A stretch of 64,000 nt of DNA from Candidatus Enterousia sp. (GTDB lineage Bacteria > Pseudomonadota > Alphaproteobacteria > Rs-D84): assembly GCA_045612805.1 (NCBI GenBank), contig JAZKZR010000010.1, positions 195,136 to 259,135 on the forward strand, in the 5' to 3' direction. Position 1 is the stretch's first letter. Each line of letters begins with the position of its first letter. The translations under genes and the position numbers were made by a program. Below the pieces are notes generated by a model. The model did no database searches and was not told the origin of the DNA. It saw only the letters and a list, made by a program, of their open reading frames with translations. Positions 19,703 to 34,700 of the stretch are shown one piece after another.

Positions 19703-22700
19703 ATGAAGAAATTCGCTAAAATCCTTGGTTTTCTGGGCTTTTTTGTGACGGTCGCGACGGTCCAAATCGGCACCGCCTGGGCCGATGGACAATACTGTGG
19801 CTACGGATATGATGGATATTATGGTTTAGGCAGGGAACAGAGTGATTGTTATAAATGCGCTGAGGATTTCAACAACTATCCCAATAGTACAGGGGGGTAC
19901 AATTTTAGCGGAAATTTGTGTTACAGTGCATGTTCCGGCACATGTATAGATGCAAATTCTAGTTTTCAAAATGGTGGCACATATGGGATACCTGCTACAT
20001 CCACATTCTTCGTTTCTCGACTTAATAACGGAACACAAAATTCATTATTAAACATCAGTGGTCTTACGTGTAATAATATTGGAAACTATTGTGCCGAAGT
20101 GTTTGATTGTGGCAAGAATGCATGTTCGGCAAATTGGAAAACCATCAATTTTGTAGATCATAATAATACCCCACTAGGCACACTTTACATTGTGTACGGC
20201 ATGATATGGAGCACACAGCAAACGACACAATGTGACGATTGTGCCGGAAATTCGCTGAATTATGCTGTATTTTACCCGGTGTTTCAAACGCCGACGGCAC
20301 CAACCCGGGAAGGGTACACGTTTCTTGGATATTCTGATAGCCAAACAGGCGGTATCATTCGCATAGGGCCCGACCATAGTAATATGTACGGTAAATTAAA
20401 TTATAACAATGCAACGAGTATTAGTGGAATTAGTGGTAATACCATTACCCTTTATGCACGTTATGAAAACGCCGGGTGTGCCCAGAATTATTGGTATAAT
20501 AGCCAAACAGATGAGTGTATACCTTGTGCCGAAGGTTTCACAAGCCCTGGTGGATATGGCAACCAACATACATGCACCAAGAGTTGCTCAGAAACGTGTA
20601 CGCAAAGACACAATAGTACAGACGAATGTGCCGAAGGTGTGACAGGGTTTTATTCACCAATCGTTCCTATCACTGGGAAAGAATACGAGGATGATCAGGG
20701 ACATTGTTACGACAACAATAACATAGAAATATTAGCCCCAGATAACGATCTTACAGAAGCACACTGGTGTCAATGGAATTGTGATGGTTGCAAGGATGAG
20801 CAATGTTATACTTTTGTTGAGGGCGCATGTGAACCGAAAATTTGGAACGCTATGTACGATTGCGATGATGGTACCAATGTAATCACAGACACGAATTATC
20901 CAGAATCTTACGGTAATTACATTATTGCCGATTTTAGTTGTCAGGGTCAGAATGGACAAACCTTTATTGGTTGGACACTCGGGTCTGGGGGAATTGTATA
21001 TAATCATGATGATCCCGAACATGATGAACTTACATGGGGATGTGGTCATCAAACATTCAAACCTGTTTTTGAGGATACCTGCTATGAAGTTAGTTTTAAT
21101 GACGAGACGAATGGTGGGCACCCAAACAACCAAAATGGTACGCACGGGCCTTTCTATAAAAAATATAATGACACACAGTACAATTGGTATACCAATAGCA
21201 AATGTACTGAAAAGGTTAATGGTGGCAACCCAAGTGTGGCAAATAACCTGCCTTGGAAAGAACATGCGACATTTACCGGGTATTATGATGAAACCCAAAA
21301 CCCTGATTTAAAGATTTTTGCCGGTGATAATGATACGCCCCAAGGTGGGTTGACAAACGATGGGACAAGCTGGACAATTGATGGTAACACAGTATTGTAT
21401 GCACAGTATACTTGTGTTGAAGGTTATACTCCAGATGCCAATGGTGATTGTGTTGGTGACAAAATCGATGTAAAATATACCTGTGTTTCACCTGTTGATG
21501 GTGATGAACCAGAACAGCATACATTCAATGATGACGCAACTTATGGCACCGCGTACCCTGTTAAATATGTTGGAACGGGTAGTAATCACAATGTGCAATG
21601 CGCATTTACTGGGTATGAGTTAGACACTGATTATGTGTGGAAATTACAAGATTATAGTGGCAATCCAGACAATCCGAACGGTGAATATGGCCCAGGCGCA
21701 GACGCAGGCAACACATTGCTTTCCACTGATTGGCAATATATCACGACCACACCATTGACGGAAATAGAATTTATTTTGGACAAGAGTTTGTGGCATTTAA
21801 AAACATACAATGTTGAATATCGTTGCGGCGAAATCAAACCGGATGCCGATGTTTATACGGATTCCAGTGCTACATACGGCCAAACATATAACGTTGCCGG
21901 TCAATTTGATCCGATTGGTGGCAATGCTGTTACAGTTCAAGATTTCTTGGACAACAATTGTAAACCAAATGGCGGGTTTGGTGCATGGACATTCCAAAAC
22001 TGGACATTCACATGTGATGGGGCTGATTCGGGACCCTACGACACAAATGATCCAACGTTCGGCCCCTGGACATACGACAGTAACAATTGCTACTTTACCG
22101 CAAACTGGGCCCAGACAGATTTTGTGATTATATTGGATCAAAATGGTGGAACTGATGGCAATCCTTCTGACTATCTTTATACCAGGAAAAACATTGGTGT
22201 ATATCTTGATTCTGCAAGAACATTAAAAATGTTGCCGGATCACGAATCCAACGCCAACCCCCTAACACCACCACAAAAGACTATCAATATAACCATTTAT
22301 CCCGATTCGACACATGATGGCACTGGTGCATCGTTTACTTACAATGGTACAATATATGGTTACAATGGAGCTAACAATTATGCAAACATTGATGAGAATC
22401 TTGACTTTATGGGGTATTATCAAAACATTTTATCAAACCCCGAAAAATATATAGACCCATATGAAGGCAAGGGATATATCACCGGTGAAGGTATAGCCGC
22501 TGGAAAAACGTATGATGAAAATTATACCGTACCGCAAAGAACCTGGGTCGCGCATTGGGGAACGTATGAACTAACATTACCGTCAACGGCAACATGGAAC
22601 GGTCATGATTTCGACGGATGGGAATGTGTTGATGATGAAGACACTGTAGTATATTCGTGCGGGACAAACCAATCTTGTCAGGTAACAGTATCCGAAAACA

Positions 22701-25700
22701 TCACCTGTACTGCGCAATGGTCTGTTGCGTGCCGCAACGTGCTGTTTGATGATACGACAAATGGCGAACCGAGTTCCCCAACGAACGGTGGAAATTCTGG
22801 TCGTTTTTCCAAGGTCGCCGGTCAAGCGGGCTGGTACCAGGGTACCGAATGCGCGGGCAATTCATACACCCCCAGTGTAGCAGATAGAATTCCGACGAAA
22901 ACAAATGGACATTTTATTGGGTATAACACCGCGGTCGATGGAACAGGAAACGAGATATTCGATGAATTTGGTGTCGTAACAACATATGGCAATCAAACAT
23001 GGGCGCCCGTTGACACCCCAACCCTCTATGCACAATATGAATGTGATGCCCCGTATCATCTTGATACCAATCCTAATTCTGAAACTGCTGGTCAATGTGT
23101 GGCGTGCGCCCCCGGGACTTTCTATGATCCTAACGAGGCCAACCCGGCAAAACAGTGTAAGAATTGTAATCAATATATCAGTGATAATGGTGTTGCTGGG
23201 GCAGGGGCTTATACCTGGACCAGTAGGCCACCATATAACTGGAGTATTAAGCAATGTTACCGTACCTGTGGCAGTGGTGTTGGTATACAAGAAACATGTG
23301 CAGAGGTCCCCACGGTATCCGGACACAACGAAATGGAACAGTTTTTGGGCGATTGCGAAGGTTGCACGCCAACCGGCAAACAAATTTCGTTCTATGGTAA
23401 CGAATTTGCCACCGATCCGAACAACAGGGTCAACACCTGTGACGCCAACGTCGGTGCCATTAATTGTCCCCAGGGATTTTTGGCGGGTGGTGCATCTGGT
23501 GCTAATAAACTTATGGCGGCTGCGGTTGATTTTTACGAAGATCGCGATTTGAACGGAACTTATGAACCGAACGGAAAACGGTATATAGTCGGTAGGCGTA
23601 TTGCTACAAATGACGTTTACAAACTAGATACCGGCTTTGTTTGGAGCCAGGTTGTCGGCGATGCGCAACTAGAAGGGAATACAGAAGGAAATCCCGGTAC
23701 CATAAGCATCATATATCCGGCCACTTTGGCACCGACGGTCGCAGACCCGGAACATCATACGTTTGCCGGTTACGGTTATCCGGAAGATGCCCCATCGTCG
23801 CAGGTGTTTGTTGATAACAATTATAGTTTGACATCTGGATCTAATGGTAACGCAAGTTCAATAATTTCTTTTGCAAATGATCATAGTTATACAAACATGA
23901 GCCCGATTATAGGCAACAGCAGTTATACCCGCAACCTGTATGCACAATATACGGCGGCCGATTCTTATACCCTTACGTACCTTTGTAATGGTGTGGAAAC
24001 CCCGTCGACGGACCATCAAGTAACGGGTTTATATGTGGGAACACAATTTAACTTGATCACCCCAGATTGGTGCACCGGTTGCTATGAATTTACGGGTTGG
24101 TGGGATGGATCGCAAACTATCACCCCAGACCAATTCACAAACTTTACGTGGATTTACAATAGCGATAAGACCTTTATCGCGCGGTGTGCTGAATCAAAAG
24201 ATAAGTTCATAATCTATAATAAAATTCCGGTTGACGATGTTAATGAAGATGGAACCACAAACAATGGCAACACTTATGTACCTGCTGAGGACGGCACGCC
24301 TACAACATTTACCTGTGGTAGTGAAATAACATCAATCACTGGCCACCCACAACTTAAAAATTCTGATAACGTCGTTATTGGTACGGTTATTGAATGGTGT
24401 ACAGATTCTGATTTAGAAGAATGCGATTCGCCGCTAGAATTACAAAACAGCAACTGCAACGATAAAAACGTCTATGCCAAATGGGAATGCACGGATCCGC
24501 GGTATCATTTGAACGAAAACAAGGATGATTGTGTGGCATGTAACGCCGGCGAATATTGGGATGCCACTACTCAGAAATGTGAATCGTGCAGTGAGGCAAC
24601 GGGTGGAAACTTCCCATACAGTACACCGGGATTCAACTGGAGTGTTGATCAGTGTTATAATTACTGTAACACGAATTTAACCTGTGACGATGCATCTTTG
24701 AATGGTATATATGATGGCGAATATGCTAATTGTCAGTTTACAAAAATTGATAATACTAATAAACAAATAGAATTCTACGGGAACCATAGAACAAGTGTAA
24801 CCGCATGCAACGGTACGGATACTGTTCGATATTGTGCATACGGTTTCGCCGGATGTGGCACCCCGAATGCGTTAATTAAACCGGTGACCGTACAGGTTGA
24901 TTTTAAGAAAACTACCAATGATACTGTTGGTCAACGTTACATCTTTGGTTCGCGTAGTGGCAATGGCAATAATATCGATGTTAATCCATCCACTGCCAAG
25001 ATATGGAGCCAGATTGTTGGTCAAGGTCAGCAAGAACAAGTGTCGGGTGGCAATTACAGTTACACGCACATAATTTACCCAACATACACGGCTCCGGCGG
25101 CGAACCAGATTGGACAAGATTTCACTGGATATTATTATCCAGAGAACGATGGTACCCGGTATGTAGAATACGATCTTGGCTTAGATGCCACCAATGCACA
25201 AAGTGTGTTGCAAGATCAGTCTGGTAGTATTAGTGCGCCCCGCAGTTTATTTGCAAAATATTGTTCAAACGGTCAAGAATGGAACGGTTCTGCATGCATC
25301 GGGACAGACTATACTGTTAAATATATTTGCGGTGCCCACGGAACGGCTCCTGGTGAAATGACGAACACGGCGACATCTGGTCAATCTTATATGGTGGCGG
25401 CTTTGGAAGGCGGGGCAACCGCAACGTGCACAGCAAATACTGATACTGGTTATGTCCTTAAGATGAATAATAATAAACCTGTATGGAAATTTAACGGTAA
25501 CGATAGAGAATATTTTACTGGCGAAGTAATTAACCAGTGGAACTTTACTATACAAAGTCCAACATTCACCGCACAATATGACTGCGCCGCGGGATATACT
25601 TGGAACACGGATGGTACCGCCTGTGTTTCCATATCCGATATAGCATGTCCGGCGGAATTATCAGAGAATTCACATGCAAGTTTGGTCGGTGAGCCAAGCA

Positions 25701-28700
25701 TCAATGGCGATGGAAAATGTGTTTATACAATCCAGTGTGATTTGTGTCAAACATCTGGGGTATACGGTTGTTATACCCATGATCCTATTTCCAACGGCCA
25801 GTTCACAATAACCGACGACCAATATGATGCTGATGCCCTTGAGGGTGTGTCCTGTACCCCGGCTGATTTCTGCGTCACATTAGATAGTAACGGCGGCAAT
25901 GGCGGTATTGGAACATTGTGTGAAACATATGGCGAAGGGTGGCATAAATCTGGTTCAGAAGGTTTTATTGATTCTTTGGAATCCAGTGACCTACCAACAT
26001 GGTTAAACAACAGCCAGGTGTTTGCTGGTTATTGGACTTTGCAAAACGGCGGCAATATGGAAATTGATCCAGAAGGGGCAATTGTGGCAAACAATACCAT
26101 ACTGGAAGATAATAACCAAACATGGTACGCGCATTGGGGCGATGGTACCGGATACACGGTTACATTCGAATGCGATGGTGATACTCAGTGGACCGAAACT
26201 CTACTGGTGTACCCAACACAAGACATAGAGGTTCCACAAACACAATGTTTGCGCACTGGTTATACATTTACCAATTGGGTGGATACGCCCCATAGTGTCA
26301 CAATTCCTGCAAACAACCAAACATTCAATTGGACCGGCGAATTTAATTCTGTCCTAACCCCAGATTGGACGGCGAACACTTATAGTGTGACCTATAAATG
26401 CGGTGAAGACGATACCGGTGTCACGGATCCGACAGCGGCGGAATTCGACCATGATTACTATGTGCAACCGCATAACGATAATATTGTTCGTTGTGCCGAA
26501 CCAGAAGGCAAGGTATTTGTAAAATGGTCATTAAATACGACACCAGACGCAACCTTGATTGCAGAGGATCAAAATACCACATGGACATATGATATATCCA
26601 ACCCAACCTTTACCGCCCAATGGACGGACGGGTGTTATGAGGTAACTTTCAATAATGATCGGCACGGTGGGCAACCTATTATCAGTACGTTAAAATTTTA
26701 CAAACAAGGCACGAGATGGTACGCCAATACCGAGGCAAAGTGTGATGGCGATTCTATAAGTCCAAGTGTGGCAGGTATGTTACCGACCAAGGAACATGCA
26801 AGCTTTATCGGATATGACGATGAGGATGGAACAGACCAACGTATTTTTGATGGCAATGGTTATCCTACGTATGCCGCATCCAGTTGGACAATTACGAGGG
26901 CTACAGTTCTGTATGCACAATACGATTGTGATGCTGGTTATACATTAAGTGGAACAACGTGCGTCTTGGATTCTTCGAATTTCCACACGATAACCCTTGA
27001 CAAAAATGCCGGAGAATTTTATGGCGTAGCCAGTAATCCGAATGTTTTGTACACCATAGAGGGTACAGCCCAAGCTTACACTGATGAGGGACATAATGAT
27101 CCATTCTATAGTTTGAACGAGAATGGTTTCCCCCGCAAATATGCCAAAGTGACATTCCATTATTGCGATGGCACAAACAATTCTTGCGGTAACCCATCCA
27201 CACCTGATGAAACCAAAGATGCAGATTTCACATTTAATGGATTTTATGCCACAACGTCGGCCACAGGGGATCTGTATATAGCTCAGAACGGCTATATCAC
27301 TGGGTATGGAAACATTGCGGCGGGCGCGGCCACAAGCAATGAAACATGGTATGCAGCTTGGAACGGATACGGCACGCTGGATACATCTCGTTGGCCGGTT
27401 CCTGCCCAGATCCCCAATGGTTACGCTTTTGGCGGTTGGTATACGGAACCTAAGTGCGAGGGTACACTAATGTCATCTAGCACCCAATTTACCACCCCTG
27501 ACACCGACCTTTATGCCTGTTGGTCACAGAATGTATTCACCGTCACATACAATTGCGGCATTGGTACCGGCAGCGCTCAACCAGATACACAAAATCATCC
27601 GACCACTGGCAGTAACTATACTGTTTTACCGAACGGAACTGCAAACGGTGGGGTTGTGGATTGTAACTATACTGGCCAGGGTTTCGCCGGGTGGAAATTT
27701 AGTGAAAACACCGGTGTAAACACGTATAATGCTGGGGATACAATAACATGGCAGGCCGGTTATGGCAATGAGACCTTGACCGCCCAATACAGACGCTGTG
27801 AAACAAACGAAGTCCTTGTGAACGGCGTATGTTATCCGACGTGCAGTGACACAACTTGTACGGAACCAACGTCACAGAATTCACAGAGCCATTGCCCAAC
27901 GGATCGTATCCCACCGTATCCGCATGATGAAGTGGAATGTTCATATTCATGGGACAATATTTCGGGGTATTTGGATGGTGGCGTGTGTAAATATGCAAAT
28001 GGTGACAACCAAGGGCAACCGATAAACACGGGTGTTTGCCAAGAGAGTGTTGCATGTAACGATTCTGCCTATATCTGGAATTCGGACCCGAATGTGTGGG
28101 ACTGTGTGCCGAATACGAGTATCACTTACAATGTTCAATTCAAATGCAATGAGACAGACATTGCACCTATATCTGACTATAGTTTTAGTGTAAGTTATGG
28201 CGAGAGTATAACAGTCCCGTCAGATTCAGCTTGTCAAAGAACCGGGCATTCGTATAGCCAGTGGAAAGCCACACAATACAATAATCCCGCTACACTTCCT
28301 GCGCAGGGTACTACATATCAATATCCGTGGGAACAGACCCATGGTGAAACATTCATCGCAGATTGGACAAACAACCAATATAGGATGACATTGAATGCAA
28401 ACGGTGGAACACATAATGGTTCCGATCCTGTTACTGAATTGCTAGAGGTATTTGGTCAATATTTCTATAAGAACTCTGATATGAGTTCACCGATTGAATA
28501 CTTTACCACCAATCAATTACCAACAAATGGTACCCAACATTTCGCTGGTTACATGACGGATGGCGAAGAATCTAGAACAATGTATAATCCGATTAGTGGT
28601 AACTGGAGACTAGTTCAGCCAAACATAGCAGCTAACGAAACATGGTATGCGAAATGGAGTGTTTGTAATCCAGGTCAGTATTATTCGGATGGTCAATGCA

Positions 28701-31700
28701 ATGATTGCCCAACATCACATCCAAACTCTGATCCAACAACTGCAACCTCAATGAACGATTGTTATTACAATTGCGTGACTTGTACACAGTATTGTCCGGA
28801 TGACGAAGAAGGTGTCAATGATTGTTATGACTATAGTTCCGCCGGTCTGCCACAAAATGGTCACGCTAATTATCCTGGAAATACTTGCGTCGCAAATCCA
28901 GGTCAGGAACAAAATTGTAACTATAAGGTTAGTTGTGAAAGTGGCTATCACCCAACTGAAGATCAAAAGCATTGTATCGGGGACACTTATACAATAACAT
29001 TGAACAGTCATCGTGAAACTTCTGGTTATGGCCAGTATTATGGAAACGATAGTAGCCCAGCAAACCTTTTGGCGCGTCATGGGGAAAATGGTGGCGTCTG
29101 GTATGATGCTAACAACCAAATGGTTGTCGGGGATGCTTTAACTAGCAATCCATCCAAGTATGCAAATGTGACATTAAACGGAAATGGAGGTGAAATTTAT
29201 TGGAATAACAGTTGGACCGAGCATAATGTATCAACAACCGCGGCGTTCGAATTCCAAGGATTTTTCCGGAACCAAACAGGGGCAGATAATCCATACATTA
29301 ATAATTATGGTAAACTTACCACAGACGGAGAAAGTGCGGCCCGGACATATATAGGAAATCAGACATGGCACGCACAATGGACACATGCGTGTATAACACT
29401 GCCGAATGCACAACGCACGGGATATAACTTTACGGGATGGGTATTTGGTTCTGCTATCGGTGGCACATTTGCTGGAAACGCTGGTAGCACTGTTTGCAGT
29501 AACAACGGCATGCCACAGATGGCGGATATAACGATTACTGCAACATGGGACAACGGGGCAAATTATTCTATTTTGTATGATGATAACACCAGACCATTGC
29601 ACCTTGGCCTAAATGCTAATACTATCTGTTCGCCGACTTCTTATCAGTACGGCCAAGGCGCATCTATCGGTTGTAACTTATCTAGTTATGCTAGCCTCGA
29701 CACCCACGTTGTGTTCAAGGGGTGGTGCCTTGATGCAACAACCAATAATTGTTACGACACCACTCCGACATACTACACAATACCAAACAATGCGACCGGG
29801 AATTATACATTCTATGCATGGTGGGAATGTGAGAGAGGGTATGACTTGTCAAATGGTGTTTGCGTGCCAAATGCATCTGAACTATGCCCGGCGCAATTGC
29901 CAAGCAATTCGCATGCAACCCTGGCAACGGACGTAACGCCTAATCCATCCATAAATCAAAATGGTGATTGCGTGTATACTGTTCAATGTAATTCATGTAT
30001 TAATGAAAATAGCGCGTATGATTGCTATGTCTATAGCAGTGGCAATATCAACAGTATCAACACCAATGGTCGGTTCACAATTACTGGGGCCCAAGGTACC
30101 GCCGGTCAGAATGTGTTGAATAACGTTCGTTGTGAACCGGCAACATATACCGCGGTCTATAGATGTGGCGACGGGACTCCCACCAGTCCTTACTATGATA
30201 CAGACCATATCATAACATACAATGGTTCTTATACTGTGTTACCAAACGGAAGCGATGGTGTTGTGACATGTTCAAAGGATGGCGAAATGTTCAATCATTG
30301 GACATTCAACCTTAACTCTGGGATCCAATATATTGGCGGTGAATCAATAAATCCTTGGCGGTATCACGGGTCAACCGTTCCGACATTTATGGCGCAATAT
30401 GGTCAATGCCCAGAAGACGAAGTGATTGTTGATGGTGAATGCAAGAAAGAATGTATCGTACCTTGTACATGGCAAAATTATCCGGCAAATCCGGCGCCAT
30501 GTCCAAATCCGCCGTATCCAGCAGGAACCACGTGTCATTATATCGCTGGTACTAACCCGGCCTATGGTTATCGCCCCAATCCATCTAGTCGTCTGTGTTT
30601 AGACATTGATACGGGTGAACAAGTAGAAGCACAAACATGTAATGTGGATCCGACACAAGACCCAACTTGTCCGCCACACTATCATTGGAATTCGGGTACA
30701 TTCAGTTGTGATCCGGACGTTTATACCGTTACATTAGATCCAAATAGAGAAAGTTATCAAAATAATACAATAGTCCCTGGTTCGAATAATGTTAACGAGT
30801 TGAAGGAAAAATGGGAATACGGTTGGAGCAAAGACGGGGGCTATCAATTTGCAACGGATAGTTTAATCTTGAACACAAACACCGAAGTTCCGTATTGGAC
30901 CGATGGTACGAAAGTATTTGATGGTTATTGGACCACGCCAAGTGGTGGGTATCGGATGGTTCAGGCAAATGGTTCAGTTAGTCAAAATGGTTACCAACTC
31001 TTGCCGGCCACCACTATCACAAGCGATACGACATGGTATGCACGATATGTCGACAATCCGGGGCCATTTACGGTTACGTTCAGATGTGATCAGGATGGTG
31101 CAATTCTAAATACTCAAAACCCATCTTTTGGTGATTATATTGATGTTCTGGCAGCACCGCAATCGGCGTGCACGAATCACCCTGGGGAAACGTTCAATCA
31201 GTGGAGAATTGTTGCAAATGGTATGCTTATTCCGGATTGGTATAATGGTACTTCTGGCATGTATCCGTGGCAACTTCACGAAGGTTCACAGATTGTCCCA
31301 GATTGGCGACCGGTTTACAAAGTGACATTGGATAAAGGTGCCACTGATGCGGTAAACGGGAACGTTACAAGTTTGTGGGATGCGGTTGGTATCGGTTGGT
31401 ACACAAATAGCGGTTTAACAAATGGAGTCGATTCTCTTAGCGACTCTGATTTGCCGACACGCAGTAATTACACTTTTGCTGGGTACGTTGATAGTGTATC
31501 TGGAAACCAAAGGGGTCAGTTCGGTAGTAATAATACATGGGTGTTGCCGGAAACCACCGATCTGACCAGCAATGAAACCTGGAGGGCTGAATGGAGCCGG
31601 TGCCCCGATTATAATTATTACGAAAACAATCAATGCAAAGAGTGTGATTCGAATTATCACCAAAATCCGCATCCGGTGACCCATGAGGATTGTTATACGA

Positions 31701-34700
31701 ATTGCCAGGGATATTGTCAGACATCTGGATGTACAACGGGGCAAAATCATGTTATAGGGTGTGATTATATATCAGAATCATATACTGGGTTTATACATTG
31801 GCCGAATCCCATTAATGGTCAGTGTCCAAATTCTAATGGTGTTGTTCCATCATGTGATTATTGTGTTCGTTGCGAGGATGGTTGGGTTCAGGATCCTAAT
31901 AATTGTAAGCAGTGTATAGAAGATGCTCATTTTATTGTTACGTTGAATCCGCATTTGGTAAATAATACCCAGGGAAGTTACAGTAGTCCAAGGGCACTAT
32001 ATACATGGCATGGCAAGGGTGTTTATTTGTATGAGGACTATAGCCAATATCTGATGAACGGAAACCAAAATCCGCTTGTCAGTAATCCACAGACCTACGC
32101 GACCGTAACTTTTAACTTGAATGGTGACGGGGCTTGGCTTGATTGGGAAAATCAGCGCTATACAGATCCCGTGGATATAGACGTTCCACTTACTTATCTT
32201 GGATTCTATAAATCAGAAACCGATTCAGATATGGTTATAAACACTAATCGGTATATAGAACCCGCGGGTACGCAGGCCGGTAAAACCGCCACAGCTAATT
32301 TGGAATGGCATGCGCATTGGCAACCACGGCAAATAGGAACGGTAACAGGTTCTCAGCTTCCGCAACCGTCGCGTCCAGGATTCAATTTTGTCGGATGGTT
32401 TAATACATCTGCGTCCAATGGTGGCACTCAAATATATGCGACGACGGCGGCCGCCCAGAATATGACCGTGTATGCACGTTGGGAAAAGGCAAAATATTTC
32501 GTGAATTTGGATAAAAATGGTGGTCAATGGGGTTCTGATCCTGTATATAAGTTATGGGAATTGTATGGTACCGGTTGGTCCACAGAAGAAACTGGCCCAT
32601 TTGAACGTGATTTGGTTTTGGGTGAAAGTGAGCGTCCATCATATGTGGACAACAGCAAGGTGTTCAATGGTTATTGGACCGCCAGGAACAACGGCACCCA
32701 ACAGATCCGTGCCGATGGTTCCGTTGTCGATACGACCGCAACCGTACTTACCGTGAATAATACTACATGGTATGCACAATACGTCGATAATACAAATAAA
32801 TATACTATCACATTCAGGTGCAGCGAGAATGCATCCCCGATTCGCACATATCGTGTAAGTGGTGGTGAAAGTATAACTGTTCCGGCCAAATCAGAATGTC
32901 CGAACCCAGGTTATTCATTCACGAAATGGATGGGAAATCAAGGCACAAATTTCAATGCACGAGATAGTGAATATACAGTAATATGGGAAAGTTTTTCTGA
33001 TGCAGATTTTGTTCCAAATTGGAATAATGGGGATGTGTATCATGTGACATTACTTCAAAATGATGCGGATGCACCTGGTGAAGTACAGAATTTGTATGAA
33101 AAATACGCCAGTTGGTGGGCATTGGATCAGAATAATCAGTACCCGATGACATCGTTAAGTGGCGATCAATTGCCGACCAAAACAGGTTACGATTTCGCTG
33201 GGTTTAAAACCAGAATTGGGGGATATACAAGGGGTGATTTTGACTCTGAAAGTAATGTATGGGTACCACAGTCAAATAGAGAAATAACCAATGACGAAGA
33301 ATGGGTTCCTAAGTGGACACAATGCAAACCGTATTGGTATTATGATAACGTTCAAAAGATATGCAAGGAATGTCCAGCCCCATACACCAATAACGAACAT
33401 CCAGAATCGTTGGCGGATTGCTATGATGGTCGGTGCGAGCTGCGCTGTATTGAAAGCGCGATCGAATGTCCGACCGATCCAAATGCGATTGAATTTGAAT
33501 ACAGCAATGACGTATATTCGGGAACAAATTATTATCAAAATCATTGTGTGTTGGATATATGGGTACAACAGGGCGCTCAACAAGAAGTGATACCAAGTTG
33601 TGAATGCACAATAAAAACCTGTAAACCTGGCTATCACCCTGTCAATGGTGACTGTGTTGAGTATGTCAAGACGGATATTGTGCTTAGTCCAAACGGGGGT
33701 GCGTGGGCTTCAAATGTCCCGTACGAATATAGGTACCTTTACACAATCGAAAGTACCGGTGTGTATCGTAATTCTGCAAGGACAGAAGAAATGACACCCG
33801 ACAATAACATGCCTTTACATGCAATTCCGTCGAATGGCGTGTCGATAACACTTGATGCCAATGATGGAAGCGTGACATGGGGTGGCGGAACAGGTGAGAT
33901 TCTAAATCGTAACGCTGCATTTGAATTCCTCGGGTTCTATAATTCTCAAGCCCCGGGTTTTGCGGCACCGTATATACTGCCACGGGAAATAAACGGTGAA
34001 ACATATGCCTTTATCACCACTGGTGGGCAATCAGCTGGTATGGGATACACGACAACACCACATACATGGTATGCACAATGGAATCGGTCGGTTACATTAC
34101 CCACGCCGGAACGCCAGAATTATACGTTCGTTGGGTGGACGTATAACGGGGAGTTGATATCTAATCCTTGGACGGTGCCTGGGAACACCACGAACGTAAC
34201 CTTGATTGCACGATGGACCAAGAATAATGGCACCATTGTGGCATACAAGTGTGACGATGGTGATGGTGGTATTGGTGGCACTGGTTATGATACGCTACAT
34301 CCGGCATATTTTGGTGAAAATTATAATGTTTTGCCAAACGGAATTGTAAACGGGGGTGTTGTGAATTGTTCAAAGCCGGCCAATATAACCCTGGGAAGAA
34401 GATATCATGAATTTGAAGATTGGGTATTCAGTGATGATTATGCGCATTATGATCCAGGTGAAATCAATTGGACTTTTAACGTGGATAACCCGACATTTAC
34501 TGCGAACTATGAAGAATGTCCAAATGGGTGGTATTTTGATGGTTCGTGCAAACAGTGCCCGACTGGTTATACCAGTTCTGATATAGATGCAGATAGTGCA
34601 ACCAAGTGTTATAAAACGTGCGATGTTCCATGTACACGACCGACGTCACAGTGTCCTATGAATGAAGAGGGGGTTCTTACATGCACTTATCCTAATAACA

